Shown here: positions 1 through 17,812 of the stretch, piece after piece | Position numbering within the stretch: the stretch's first letter is position 1 | Layout of the letters: every line of letters starts with the position of its first letter | Source: Octopus bimaculoides | Taxonomy: Eukaryota | Assembly: GCF_001194135.2 (NCBI RefSeq) | Contig: NC_068998.1 | Span: 49,602,259 to 49,666,258 of the forward strand | Length of the DNA stretch: 64,000 bases | Direction: 5' to 3' | The notes under the pieces: generated by a model | The model's input: only the letters and a program-made list of their open reading frames with translations | Databases searched by the model: none | Told to the model about the DNA's origin: nothing | Made by a program: the position numbers and the translations under genes

Positions 1-749
1 TTAATATATTTTTGAAGAAAAAAAAACATTAATTTAACAAAGAAATCAACGTTCAATGCTATAAAAACAGCAGTAGACCTGTAAGTGAGAATTTAATAAG
101 ACGCTATGGAGTCAACATTCTATTAGTTATTTAAATTCGTATTCATAAATAGATGCAAAAAATATGAAAGGCTCCAGTAAGTCTACCAAGTCAATATCAC
201 CGGCAAAACTATATCTCTTCTCACCAACTTTTTCAGCAATTTCAAAATAAAACTTAATAAAATACATATATAAACTGTGAAAGATATGTTCACAGAACAA
301 TTAACCATGAACTTTGCATAGATTTCACAATTACAGATATGAGACTGAAATCACAAGGAAAATAAAGGTTTGTGATTCAAATTAGAAGCAATGCAACTTT
401 ACAACTTGATACCAACTTTCATTTTCCCGAGTGTGCTTCACCGATTTCAAAGAAATGATTTAAGAATTCAACAATGAAAGATCATTTAATTTTTCTTGAG
501 AGTGCCATCAAAGTATATATTCGACTATAAATATATGTTATCAAAATAATCATAAATTTGCTTCATGTAACTTTAAAATATACTCTAAAGAATTTGGTTT
601 CTATAGTATCAATACTGTATCGATATAATATCATAATTCTTTACTAGTTATATGATGGGAACCCGTATGATCGGGTAGTACATACCATATTTTCACTAAA
701 TTATTTTCGGTGCATTTTTGTTAATTGTGCATCGGCCGTTAGTTTTGTA

Positions 750-990
750 TTAGGCCGAACCACGAGGTTACAGGAACGTAAACAAGCCAACACCAGTTGT
801 CAAGGGGAAATGGGAGACAAACACAGACCCAAAGACACGAAGACACATGACGGTCTTCTTAGTTTCTGTCTACCAAATTCACTCACAGTTTGGTCGGTCC
901 TGGGATATAGAAGAAGGCACATGTCCAGGGTGTCACGCAATGGAACAGAACCTGGATTCCTGTGGTCGGAAGCAAGCTTCTAACCACCTC
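750..990 (-). mobile_element. Degenerate SINE copy (family whose head reads gtggttagaagcttgcttcc...)
   Basis: The minus strand has a tRNA-like head (GTGGTTAGAAGCTT..., degenerate B-box-like CAGGTTCTGTTCC). Related pieces occur near 28,260-28,320 and 38,700-39,100. Confidence 0.6.
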
Positions 991-1002
991 TGCAAGCATG
1001 GG

Positions 1003-2620
1003 TCCGTCGTTCATCGTTCTTAAAGTAACCTTATTCAGAGACCGTTTGAAAAGAATGGGATATTCAACCTGAAGAAAATTCTAATTCGGCCGCACCAGCA
1101 AGGTCATATTCTCTCTACCTTGATATGAGATCACCATGTCACGCACATCAGAGTTGCGATGCATAAGCCTTATGAAACGGGTATTCATGGTGTGTTTTAT
1201 ATGGGGACGATACACTTCAAGACAGTGTGGGGTTACATAAAATAGAGTGTAAGCAGTGAAAACGATAAAAGAAGTTTTAACTGTGAAAACTTCCCCAAAC
1301 AGGGAGTTTCGGAAGGTTGCTCCTGAAAATTCCACAAAAATGACAATACCGAACCACTGCCAATTTTCTTCCCCTTATCGTCTATCGATATATTGTTAGA
1401 ATTCCTTCTGACCATTTTTGCCATATTCATACACCTTTCAATAAAACTGTTGATGCGCAGGTCTTCCCCCTCTACCCTTACTTTACTTTGCATGAGGACT
1501 CGGCCAAAGTAGGAAGTATCTGTCTTCAGCCCTTTCAGTATTGCCCGCCACACAACTATTTTCACCAAGTCTACCATACAAAGAAACACTGCCTTCCCTT
1601 CCAAGCCACAGTAAGTTGGTGAGATGATATTCACAATGGATTCAGGTGAGAGCTGGATACGTTCTACACATGACAGTATGAGTTCGACATAAACCAACGG
1701 CACTAATATTATTGGCGCACTTCACGGGAACGTGCAGAGCATTCACATCGCTTTGCGCGCATCCCGGATGAAGGAACTTCTATATCTGTAGTGTGTATCC
1801 CGAACCGGCAATGCCTACGCTAATACTACCAGGCCAGGGGGTTTTGGAAATAATCCACTAGCTCCAGCCCAGAAATAGATAAAGAAGATCATTCTCGTCA
1901 ACTCCAAGAACATCATTACATTTGCCCACCACTAACCTTCCAGTAGAGTGGAACATCGACTGACCACATTTCTCTGACAGATAATTGTGAGCGCTAGACG
2001 GAATTCTAGATGGCTGGTACCTTGACTCGGTTTACACGTGAACAAAGATACGAGCTGTAGAAAATGCTGTCTTACAAATGACGTTCATAACTGCTCGCAG
2101 GTTGGGAGGTGCTGACGATAGCGTAACCTCAGCGAATGTCTGCGCACAAACAACCAAGAATGTGCAGTACTCCATATACCGGCGCTGACAATAAATAGAG
2201 CGACTGGCTAGTGAAACGCGTGCCTTCTACAGAAAGCGGAAATGATATAAACTTGGGCTAAGCACGACGGTCAGGCGGTAATATATAACAGAGGCGATGT
2301 AAGCATTAGCAACCTTTGGTCGGCCTTTCAGTAATAGCTTTCTCTCTGCTGATATCTGGAGGACGTTGGCCAGCCTGATCGTCATCTTATCCCAGTACTT
2401 TTTTGTTTTGATTGTCAGCATCGGGAATTTACTTGAATATATTTCTCGTGTTGTTTTCTTCTTGAGGTTACTGCTGTTGATATTGTCTCTTACTTTTACA
2501 ATTTTACTGTTTTCCTGTGAGGAAAACACGCTGTTCTTCTCAGTGGACAAACACCCTTTGTCCTTAATCTATCTGTTTTTAAACAGAAATTAAGAGACTT
2601 GTTAGGGTAAACAAACAAAC
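1003..2620 (-). mobile_element. Decayed L1/Tx1-like LINE ORF2 3' portion (end of RT plus C-terminal region)
   Basis: Broken minus-strand frames include KKYWDKMTIRLANVLQISAERKLLLKGRPKVANAYIASVIYYRL (2227-2550) and FLCMVDLVKIVVWRAILKGLKTDT...KVRVEGEDLRINSFIERCMNMAKMV (1233-1703). These are typical post-RT and C-terminal segments of Tx1-clade ORF2, with multiple stops and frameshifts. Confidence 0.75.
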
Positions 2621-3446
2621 AACTCTGCTGCGTCAAGGGCCACAAATGAAAACTTTGCTAGTCCAACCATACAACAATAAGAAATGTAAAATACACACCT
2701 TTGTACAACAGTACAAATATCAACAAATCTACTAGAGCGACGCACAATGCGTGTCAATCGACGAACAATGGCAACAACAACAATAACAACACTATCAATA
2801 ATAATAATAATAATAAAAATAAAATCAAAGATAACAATTGCATCAAGAAATATTTATTTCTGCATGTATTCAGAATATACTTCATAGAGACAGTTTCAAG
2901 ACTAATTACTGACTGGAACCTGCCCTGTAAAGAAAACAAAATAATATGTATTGAATATTTGAATAAAATATTGATTTTCATTTAACAAGTTATGTTTACT
3001 GTATATATTTTAGTAATGTGTGTTTTGGTTTCTTTGAAAAACTATCTAACGTGGCCTGTCATCATTTTGTGATGTTATTTGAGGGTTATTACAAGAACTT
3101 AATAAATATTATTAGATATATTAAGTTTTAATCACGTGGAGAATCAAGACAGCGAGATGACAGACGCACTAGTAAGTCGGACGCAATTCTTACTGTCATA
3201 TAGTCCGGCTCTTTACCTTCTCAGTTAGCATTTAATCGATTTGGAGGTAAATATATAAAGTAGCGGGGTTTATGTAATAGACTTGCCCAGCCTCCTGGAT
3301 TTTTTTTTTATCTTGAACAGTACAACGAACTTTTGTCCCATTCAAGGAAAACGTGTTACCTCTGTTCCTTATACACATGGAGACCAGTTAACCGGCCTTT
3401 TGAGTCCAAAATTCGAGGTAAAATATTGGCAGTCCTTAAATTGCAT

Positions 3447-3503
<57 letters not shown>

Positions 3504-3723
3504 CAGTTAAACATGTTTACATACATGTAGACATATATGTATACACACTCTTACATGTATTTTCTTAATAATTATATTGGATTGACTCGATATTGACGCC
3601 TGATTTCACCATAAATATAACGCGTTGCTATGTTGTAAATGTGTAAAAATACAAACGTGAAAGCTATCATATTATTACTATTATTCTTACGTCAAATATA
3701 TTCTTAGTTGAATTTCTCCTCCA

Positions 3724-7341
<3,618 letters not shown>

Positions 7342-7741
7342 CTTGATTAAATCCTGTTTAGTCGAAAATATGCTCATGTAAGGATTACCTACATGCAAGC
7401 GTAGCCTAAAAAATCTGGCGGCGTTTGTTTCTAAAACGTTGTATACATTCGTTATTTGTGACGTATGATTTTCCATTGTTATGTAATTCAACATATATAT
7501 GTAGTTTTATGGATGTATGCTTTTTGTTAGTTTATTTTTATTTTTTAAACCGTAATTCTATTTTAAATCAATGTAATTATCACATACAAATGTAATTTCA
7601 GTTTTTTTTTTGTCTTTTTCATTTGGGATTAAGAGAGTTACTCCTGAAATTTTGTCGTGCGCCGGTGTGTGCATTTTTATATACGGACCCCCAAATTTGT
7701 TTATATATGTAAACAATCGTTGTTGTTATACATACATACTA

Positions 7742-7817
<76 letters not shown>

Positions 7818-7936
7818 GACTAAATAAATAAATAAATTGTTTTCCTAAATCCTGGCGATCTCCTCTTTTCTCAATAATGAATGTCTGTACACTACTTCTA
7901 AAACTATATATGTATATAGATTTTTGTTTTGTCTAG

Positions 7937-7982
<46 letters not shown>

Positions 7983-7989
7983 CGTAAAG

Positions 7990-8230
7990 CATATCGTATT
8001 CTTTTGCGCCCATTGGACAATAGCAAACAGATCTGACAGAAGACCTGTTCGGTCTCTCGTGCTATTTATGTCCTTCTGGAGTTTGGAATCACCTGCAAAG
8101 ATTTTCACTGTAGAATGTTAGATGGCAACCACCATGTCGTCGATGTAAATAATGAATGGGACAGCACTACTGACGATGGCTGAGCTGGATCGTATTCCCT
8201 CTATAAATCCAGGGACAATGAAACTTATAG
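7990..8230 (-). pseudogene. CR1/L2-type reverse transcriptase fragment
   Basis: SSAIVSSAVPFIIYIDDMVVAI*HSTVKIFAGDSKLQKDI...LSDLFAIVQWAQKN is a degenerate SGVPQG..LFIIYIDD..FADD RT core with an internal stop and deletion. Confidence 0.75.
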
Positions 8231-8632
8231 TCAGCGCATCAGCAACAGAAGCATACTTTATCACAAAATATAAACCTGATTTGAATTCTGTCACCCCACA
8301 AGAATTTACAACATTCCCAACACTACAGGTCACTTTAGGTCATTTGACCGTTAAGGAAGATTCCACGAACAATTTTTGTGACACAGCACTCCTATGTTTT
8401 TCTTTTCTTTTCTTTAATTTTCTTTCTCCTCCTCTCACCTCTTTCTCTACGCCTACGACTCTTCCTCCATCATCATCTTCAATCCCCCTCCTCCTCCTCC
8501 TCCTCCTCCTCCTCCTCCTTCTTCTTCTTCTTCTTCTTCTTCTTCTCTCAGCTGCTCCTGCTTAAACCATCAACTGTATGTACCCGAACACTTCCTTGAA
8601 ATTTACTACTACCTATCTACATACCGGGCATT

Positions 8633-9213
8633 NNNNNNNNNNNNNNNNNNNNNNNNNNNNNNNNNNNNNNNNNNNNNNNNNNNNNNNNNNNNNNNNNNNN
8701 NNNNNNNNNNNNNNNNNNNNNNNNNNNNNNNNNNNNNNNNNNNNNNNNNNNNNNNNNNNNNNNNNNNNNNNNNNNNNNNNNNNNNNNNNNNNNNNNNNNN
8801 NNNNNNNNNNNNNNNNNNNNNNNNNNNNNNNNNNNNNNNNNNNNNNNNNNNNNNNNNNNNNNNNNNNNNNNNNNNNNNNNNNNNNNNNNNNNNNNNNNNN
8901 NNNNNNNNNNNNNNNNNNNNNNNNNNNNNNNNNNNNNNNNNNNNNNNNNNNNNNNNNNNNNNNNNNNNNNNNNNNNNNNNNNNNNNNNNNNNNNNNNNNN
9001 NNNNNNNNNNNNNNNNNNNNNNNNNNNNNNNNNNNNNNNNNNNNNNNNNNNNNNNNNNNNNNNNNNNNNNNNNNNNNNNNNNNNNNNNNNNNNNNNNNNN
9101 NNNNNNNNNNNNNNNNNNNNNNNNNNNNNNNNNNNNNNNNNNNNNNNNNNNNNNNNNNNNNNNNNNNNNNNNNNNNNNNNNNNNNNNNNNNNNNNNNNNN
9201 NNNNNNNNNNNNN
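8633..9213. other. Assembly gap (N-run); others at 25611-26451, 29353-29362, ~29703-29732, 33755-34292, 39558-39818, 42095-42659, 48828-49508, 54040-54508, 58252-58661
   Basis: Runs of N, nearly all abutting microsatellites. Confidence 0.99.
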
Positions 9214-10791
9214 TATCTGAAAACTAAGGAAATATTTACGTATTCAAAGACTGAAAATATCTGCAAAACATTTCACTTAATTTTTTTCTCTCGAATTTAA
9301 TTGTTTTTCTTATTTTACTCTTAGTTGAAACAGTTTAAAGTGAAAAGGAAACCGGTACAAAAATGTACTTCATGATGTCAGGTAGCGGGTTTCATACCTC
9401 TAAGGGATAATTAAATCCAAAGTCGCTCCTGGTTATTACCTGGGTAGGTACAGGCTCTTGTAAGGTTCTACGGTAGCAGGTGGTTCACCATGTTAGGACG
9501 GTCATAGAGAAAGTTGTAAATGTAAATACATAAAAAGAAATTAAATGAATACATATGTATATACACATTGAGACGCACTCACACGAACAGTGTCACATGC
9601 CTTGGTGTGTGTATATATATATATGTTCGAGTTGTGTTTGTGCGTATGTATGCCAATGTGTGTGTATATGTATGTGTGTGCGCGTGTGCGTTTTTATCAG
9701 TATATATATATATACACATTTCATCATGCTGACCCGTTAAAATGCACAGCATGTTGCAAAGGTTAATTCACATTTCTTTGTAAGAATCACATATTGACAT
9801 TGAATGGTTCTGTAGTGCCATGCAATTAAATTCAACAGTGATATCATCTGTAACTGACAAAGGAAAATACAACGGGTATAATTATTTATAGAGTTAAAAG
9901 GGAAAAAAAATGAGGAGACGAAATCCAAGTTTGTATAAATCTTTATAATGGAGCATTTCTTTATTAAATAGAAAAGACAATATCTTTCTAGTGGAGGCAG
10001 TGGAACCTATCACTTGACAAATTACCATGATTTCGTTGAGAATAACATATGTTGATTCCCACGATGATGCTATTCGACATAATAAATTCTGAATTTATAA
10101 TCAGTTAGTTCCTAGAATTCCACAGTTTAGTAGTCTCTGATATCCGATGTACCAAATGGTATTATAACTTTTCATACACATTTTGCATTTCATTAAATTA
10201 CCTAAGACAATTATTTCTGAAGTCCATAATAACGGCCACACTAGACTTCTTTAAAAAGAATCAGTGAGACAAAACGGAGACAAGATCTTATTAGATTTTA
10301 ATGTTTAGGATTCATAAATGCATGCAAGAAATACGGAAGGCTCCGGAAAGATAACACATATTACAGTGAATCATCTTTCACTTATGCAAACCCTTCAAAC
10401 CCACACAACATGAAATTTGATAAATACTAATAAATATATAATGTTTCTAATTTATTGACATTCGATAGTTCCACGACCGCATGGGCTTAATAATTAATAT
10501 GTAGTGTCATGAAGCTGAAGTTGTGGTGAAGAATAACATCGTTACAGGATCGCTTCAATGACTTTGTATAGAAAGCTTATCTAATTTCAGTATGATCATT
10601 ATATAATAATGTTGAAAAGGGGTACTCGAAACATGGTTACCATTTCGTTTCTCTCTCTGTCTTTCTGTATATACACCGAAGCATAACTGCAGCTTTGATG
10701 CCGAAACAATTTAATGATTAAAGATGTATGTGAATATCCGAATATATATATACATAAATATACTTGCAAACACACGCATGCGCACACTCAG

Positions 10792-10892
<101 letters not shown>

Positions 10893-13800
10893 CACACACA
10901 CACAGAGATAGGTCGGTTAGATCGGCCGCAGTGGTCACCCGGTAATTATTTTATTGAGTATATCAACGTTGCTTTGCCGTATATTTTACGTCATAAATTG
11001 TCATTTTATAACAACTAACCTGAAATGTCATTGTTTATTTGTTTTCAGTGAAAAGACGCGGTTGTTGAAGGACTTAAATGGTTTGAGACGGAACTTGCTA
11101 AGAGTTAAATGAATTGGTATTAAACAATATTCTGTTTGCTTTTTCCTTGTTGATGCGACGATTGAATTATCCAGTGCTAAACACGAAGACATTATTCGCT
11201 CTTATGTTGCTGAGCCGGTAGTATCGTTAACGTGCCGGGCAAAATGTGTAGCGACATTTCGTCCATCTTTATGAACCGAGGTAAAATTCCACCGAAGTCG
11301 ACATTGCCTTTGATACTTTGTGGTCCATAATATATGTAACATTTGAACATTGGGGAGAATTTGATCGACTCCTTCCCTTCTCCAAAATTGCAGGATGTAT
11401 ACGAAAATTTGCAACTAATACTTATGGTTCTCGAATGTTGCCCGCAGTATAGCAATTTTCTGGGATTGAATTATACTATAAAATCGAACCTACTGAATGA
11501 ATGATAGGTTAGTTAATTGACCCCGGTTCTCGAATGGATGATAAGCAAAGTAGACCTCGTCATCATGTGAACTAAGAATACCGAATTTGAAGAAATACAC
11601 ATGTATTTTATTTGACATTTTAACGACACTCCCAGCTCCCCGACTTAATAATTTCAAGTCATTTTCACTTGAAAATATTTTTTAAATATGCCAACAAAAA
11701 TTGTTGTAATGGTATTCACATGAAAATATTATTTTAAAGAATTAAATTATTCTCTAGTTAAAGAAAGTTAAAATATGAATGTTTACTGTACAAACAACTT
11801 GTATATTTGAAATCACGTTCACTTAAAACTATTTCTAAACGATTAAAATATCGTATTTAGCAAAAGTGAATATAGGAACGTTTACAGTAAAAACAACTCG
11901 TACATTTTTGTTGGCAAATGAAAATCTCGAAGGAATTTGCCCAAAGGTTTTTGTTTGTCTTCAAAATACAGAAGACGTTGATCATAATCGGAAGGTTATA
12001 GTTTCTTCCTTTTCAGGGTTACGTTATTTTCGGAGTATTTTCCCATTAGGCACCTTTATGGGTACGCTAAAACCCACATATCTCAGGAATCTTTGGTCCA
12101 ATCTACTCGAAACTTGTTTTATTCGGTTTCTATTCACATTTCACGGGTACCTTAATACATAGTATTTCCCCATTATGCCTCAGTTTGGCTGTATTATATG
12201 AGAGACAAACAAACAAGCACGCACTTGGAGACCTAGGAGTATATAGAGTGTCTTTTATGTAGTATTTGCTTTAATTCCTGCTGTGATTTTCAGGGTTTCA
12301 AACAATTGTGTAAACTCTTGCCTTGATTGTAACTAAAGATGTACACTCAAACGTGTAGGCCTTCATTTTAGGCGCTAGGTATACCGCCACTTGACACTAA
12401 CACACGGATGTAGTGGAAAACATAGAATGTTACAAAATTAATCTCGCATTCATTCTCTACAAACACTTGACGGAAAATTTTATGAGTATTACTTGTATAG
12501 TAATACCACTCGAAGTTATCACTCAACCGTATCAGTCTAAACTTACGATGCTAAACATTGTCACTTGATACCACCCACGGACGCCGCAGGGAACAATGGA
12601 TATTTCTAAGACCAGTCAAGTGACAATCCTCTACCATTCAAATCCTATTCAAGACATATACAAATTTGTGCTATGAATTCCTGTACAAAAAGGGAATGCT
12701 TCAAACACTAGTCTGGAGCAAAACAGCTGCAATATAAGCCACGTCTATCTATTTCATTAAAAAAAAAAATCACTGTAAACTCTGAAACCGGTCAAATCAT
12801 TAAATGTAGCATTAAAAAATATATTGACAGTGCATTTTCAACGTCTATTTTTCCTATATTTCTAACCCGTGTGGAATAGAATAACTTGTATATAAGTAAC
12901 AACATAAGGATCATTGGCGATTATATATACATATATATATATTCATATCGCACTGTTATAACTCTTAAAATTGCTTTTCGAACTTTCTGTATCCGGATTC
13001 ACTGTTAAATCATTTAATTATTTAATTCCCTGTTTTCTTTCACTTACAGACGGTGTTTCCGTTTTGTTGTACGTTCGTTTATATTTTCTTACGACATTCC
13101 ATCTTTTCAATATTAATTTCCGTTTTTTCATGTCATTGGTCATCAAATATCTGTACCAAATTCTGTCCTGTAGGGTTCCATCATGTCCACTTTAAACAAA
13201 ACCAAATACGTTGATATATTCACATTTTACAATAATTGATGCGTTTGTTTCATACGAAGAGTGACCGAATTTAGCGTGCTTCCGGTTCATTGAGCTACCA
13301 AGAATCAAGCCGAGCAACATATTAAGCACCATTAATCAATTATTTCAACATATGATATTACGGACACCCAATCACACTCGGCAACATCTCCCTTTCTTCT
13401 GAGGCGTCAGTAATTCAATGGCACAGAGATAATCTAATATTACACCGTATATTCCAGTGGCTAGTAGTGAGGATCGCTCGGCTGCCGGGCGTACTGCTTA
13501 GCGGCATTTGGCCTGTCCTCTTGTTTGAGTTAAAATTCTGCTGCGGTCAATTATGGCTGTGAACCATTCGGAGTCGTTAAAATAAGCAATAGTTGGCCTT
13601 CTGCAACTTTGTGCAACAATACAAATAACAATAAACTCACGAGAGAGACGTGCAAGGCGTGTGAGTCGATGAACGATAGCAACCACAACCATAGCAACAA
13701 CATCAATAATAATAATCCTTTCTACTATAGGCACAAGGTCCGAAATTTTGTGGGAAGGGACTAGTCGATTATACGGAATCCATTGTTTCTTTGGTGCTTC

Positions 13801-14818
13801 ATTTATGGACCTCAAAATAATGAAAGGTAAAGTCGGTCTCAATGGTATTTGAACTTAGACCATGTTGACGGGCGAAATACTAAGCTTTTGGTTCAGCGCG
13901 ATAACGATTCTGTTATCTCACCGCCTTAACATCAATAATGATAACAATAAAGTCAAAGATAAGCAATTGCATCAAGAAATATTTATTTCTATATGTATTC
14001 AGAATATACTTCATAGAGACAGTCTGTAGATTAGTTACTGACTGGAACCTGCCCTGTAAAGAAAGCAAAATAATATATATTGAATTCTTTGAATAAAATA
14101 TTGATTTTCATTTAACAAGTAATGTTTACTGTATATATTTTAGTAATGTGGGTTTGGGGTTTCTTTGAAAAACTATCTAACCTGGCCTGCCATCATTTTC
14201 TGATGTTGTTTCAGTATTATTACAGGAACTTAATAAATAGTATTAGATACATTAAGTTGTATCCATGTAGAGAATCAAGATACCCAGCTGGCAGAAACAT
14301 TAGTACGTCGGGCACAATTCTTACTGTCATATTCCGGCTCTTTAACTTCTCAATTCGAATCGTGTATAGCGCATCTTTGCATTTCATGTACTGGGAGTCA
14401 ATATATAAAGTAGCGGGGTTTATGCAATCGACTTCACCAGTTTCCCCAAATGTTCCAATCTTGAACGTGTTTCCTCTGTTACGACATGAAGACAAAATAA
14501 CCGGCCTTCTGAATGCCAGGAATCTACGTAAAATATGGGCAGTCCTTAAACTGCATACATACACATATACACAAAAACATGCTTAAAAACATGCTTACTT
14601 ATATGTATACTCACGCATACTTGCTTTTTGATAATTATATTAGATTGATCTAGTATTGATTCCTGACATGAACGTAAATATAACGGTTCGAAGGGTGAGG
14701 TGCTTAAAAAGATGCCCATCATTTCCAAGGTAGTCGTGTAGAAATACAAGCATTAAAGCTATTAAATAGTTACAATTATTCTTACGTCAAACATTTTCTT
14801 AGTTGAATTTCTCTTTCT

Positions 14819-15987
14819 TCACACCAAGGCAGATATAATAGATACGATTAATATGATGTGAGATTTCATTATGCCATGCAGTCTATCGGTCGAATTTCCT
14901 ACGTTAATAAAATAAAAATGAAACGTTTAATTAGATTTTTATGGTGATTACATTCCAAATTCAAAGTATCTTTTAACTTAATGTAAATTTGATTCACATA
15001 GAAATACTGTTTTTGCATGGTTAATTCTGATCAATATAGTTAACGGTTACGAATAAAGCACTGAATTGCCTATAAATATACTTCATGCTAAATTGCTCAG
15101 TCAACCAGAGAGCGTATAGCGGCATAAATTAGTTGCTGTCCCCATTCGTTTATTATAGTCTCTTAAATTCTCAAAATATTTCGCAAAATATGTCTAAATT
15201 TCATTCTAATGTTAGGGAGACGTGAAAACACAATAAGAAATGATAAAATCCTTGTTGTTCGAAATATAATTCGTTGATGTTTATTTTTTGTTGGGCTTAG
15301 TTTATGTTTACAAACAATTTAAAAACTAAAATCATTTTAAATAACATACTTTTGCAGTACATTTCATGAATCCTATCGAAGTAATCAGAACAGCCATGGT
15401 GTACTCTGCCTAAACAGGAAGCATAATAATCAACACGGCTGAAAAAAAAAATGAAAAAGAAAAAAACATAGGGTAATATATGTGAATATATACATTATTG
15501 TACCATAAAATGTATTTCCTTCCAGCCACGCTGTTCTTTCCATTCTGCCATCGCAAACATTGGCGACCAGGAGAGAGGCACTGCAAAAGAAGGACGCACC
15601 AAATGACAGTTCGGCCTTATACTATGATACCTGAGGGTTGCGTCACGTGATTCTAGCGGCGGAAGCCAGGATTACAGCTATTTTGTTACACAGAGAAATT
15701 TTCCGGTAACATTGGAATACCTCCTCGAATATATTAGATAGATAGATAGATAGATAGAAACATACATACATACATACATGCATACATGCATACATACATA
15801 CATACATACATACATACATACATACACACATGCATTTTGATTTTGACATTGTCTGAAGCAGTTCGAAAAACGAACGGAAGCGCTAAGAAAGAAATTCTCC
15901 AAATTCTAACAACCACCTTGTTTTCGATATACGGTATCTATAGAGCACTTTAAACACTATATACATACACACACATACATACATACA

Positions 15988-16021
<34 letters not shown>

Positions 16022-17187
16022 CATACATATATACACATATACATATATACATGTGTATTAACATATAAGCAAATGTGAGGGTAAGCACAGTAGACATCAA
16101 TGTATTAAGTATATTAACTCCATAAAATACAAAACAAATATATGTATACATACAAAAAGAAAATGATAGAGAAAATTAAAGGGATAGAAGACAGGTATTA
16201 CAAGTCAAACAGTGATTCTTAGGGTTCGGTGATCCATGATATTTGTTTATTTAGTTCAACGAAATGTGGTTGTTTGAATGCATTTAACATAGAAAGAGAC
16301 GAACCTCCATCGTCAGAGATATCTTTTCTCCTCTCACCGTTCCCTGTCTTAATAACCCTCTCCCTCCTCTAATACATTTAGCCCGCCACATTTAATCATT
16401 CCCTGTTTGAATTTCTCTGAATTAAATTTTTTGGTGTCTGATTTACTAATCCCCACATTTGCGTGTATATACGCTCAACCTGATCCCTTTTAAGCCTTTC
16501 TTTACCTTGTGGATTTTCCCCTTTAAAGACACCTCTTTCTTTAGAATTAATACATGAAAACGAGTTTGTTTCATTTTATGATTTCATACCTTTAACAAAA
16601 ATAGAAAAATGTAAGCTGTTGTTACAGAAAAAGTTGTAATAAGAAAACGTATATATACTTGCAGTAATCGTCGTCTTTTTTCTTTTCAGGAAACAGATCC
16701 AAAGCTTTTGAGCACACCGTCTTGGCTTGTATGGGACAGCTACCATCCGCAGAGATCCCTAAAAATGTTTAGACTTTTCTAAAATCTTTACGTAACGCTG
16801 ATACAACACTCGATTAAGTCTTAACATATTAAAATTCTACAGAGTTTCATGAGGTTGTAGCCAAGACACTGTAATATGAAATCCATCGGCACGATTAACA
16901 TCGGACAACTGTGTAGTAGAGATGAGACACAGAGAGGCATATAGAGAGGGGGGAGGAGAATAAGGCAAGGATGAAGAAATAGATGAAGAGGTAACGAATC
17001 AGAGTAAAATGGACGGAAATTGATTGAGAGTAATCCATAAATGAAGCGGAAGGATTGATCAGTTATGTCTAAAGATATGGTTAAAAGGCGAAAGAATGCG
17101 ATGTGAGAAATACTGAAGAAAAAGAGAAAGAAGCACAGTGTTAAATAGATAAAAATAGGGGAAGTTAAATAGATAACCAAGAAACAA

Positions 17188-17271
<84 letters not shown>

Positions 17272-17812
17272 AGTTTGAGTTAAAAAGAGAGAAAATTTCA
17301 AGATAGAAAGTGAGAGATGTTGATGCAAGAAATTTGTGGTCAAAGAAATGAGGGCGCTAAAGTTATAAAACGAAAGATATTGGTTTCAAATATGGCACGA
17401 TTCCAGCAACAGTCGGGGAGAAGATAGGTCGATTACATGGACCCCAGTACTCGACTGGTATTTGTTTTATCAACGCTAAAATGATGAAAGGAATATTCAA
17501 ACTTGATAGAATATGAATTCAGGTCGTAAAAAAAAAAAAAAAACAGTCGAAATGCCACTACAAGTTTCGCCCGGCGCGCTAACGATTCTGCTACCCGAGA
17601 AAGGGTAGCGTAGCAGCTGAATAGAAAGGGGAAGAAGGAATTAGGTAAATGGGAAGGGAGAAGCTAAATTAAAATAAAGAGATACAGAGGGGAAAGTCAG
17701 AACGTGTTTATCATGCAAACATTTAAAACACATTCTTGTCAATATGAAGATGGTTGTCTCACAGTTACTTACCAATAACAGAAAGAGCTAACAGAAGGGT
17801 GATGGTTTTCAT
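14819..17812 (-). CDS. G2: 102-aa secreted six-Cys protein with GPI-signal-like tail (4 coding exons)
   Basis: Exons 17773-17812, 16659-16758, 15350-15438 and 14819-14898, with the same sizes and phases as G1. Protein: MKTITLLLALSVIGISADGSCPIQAKTVCSKALDLFPEKKKDDDYCNRVDYYASCLGRVHHGCSDYFDRIHEMYCKRNSTDRLHGIMKSHIILIVSIISALV*. 58/102 aa identical to G1. Confidence 0.88.

Noticed and set aside
13498-13842. 114-aa ORF with a hydrophobic stretch
   Set aside because: It is built from SINE fragments and an (AAT/AAC)n tract.
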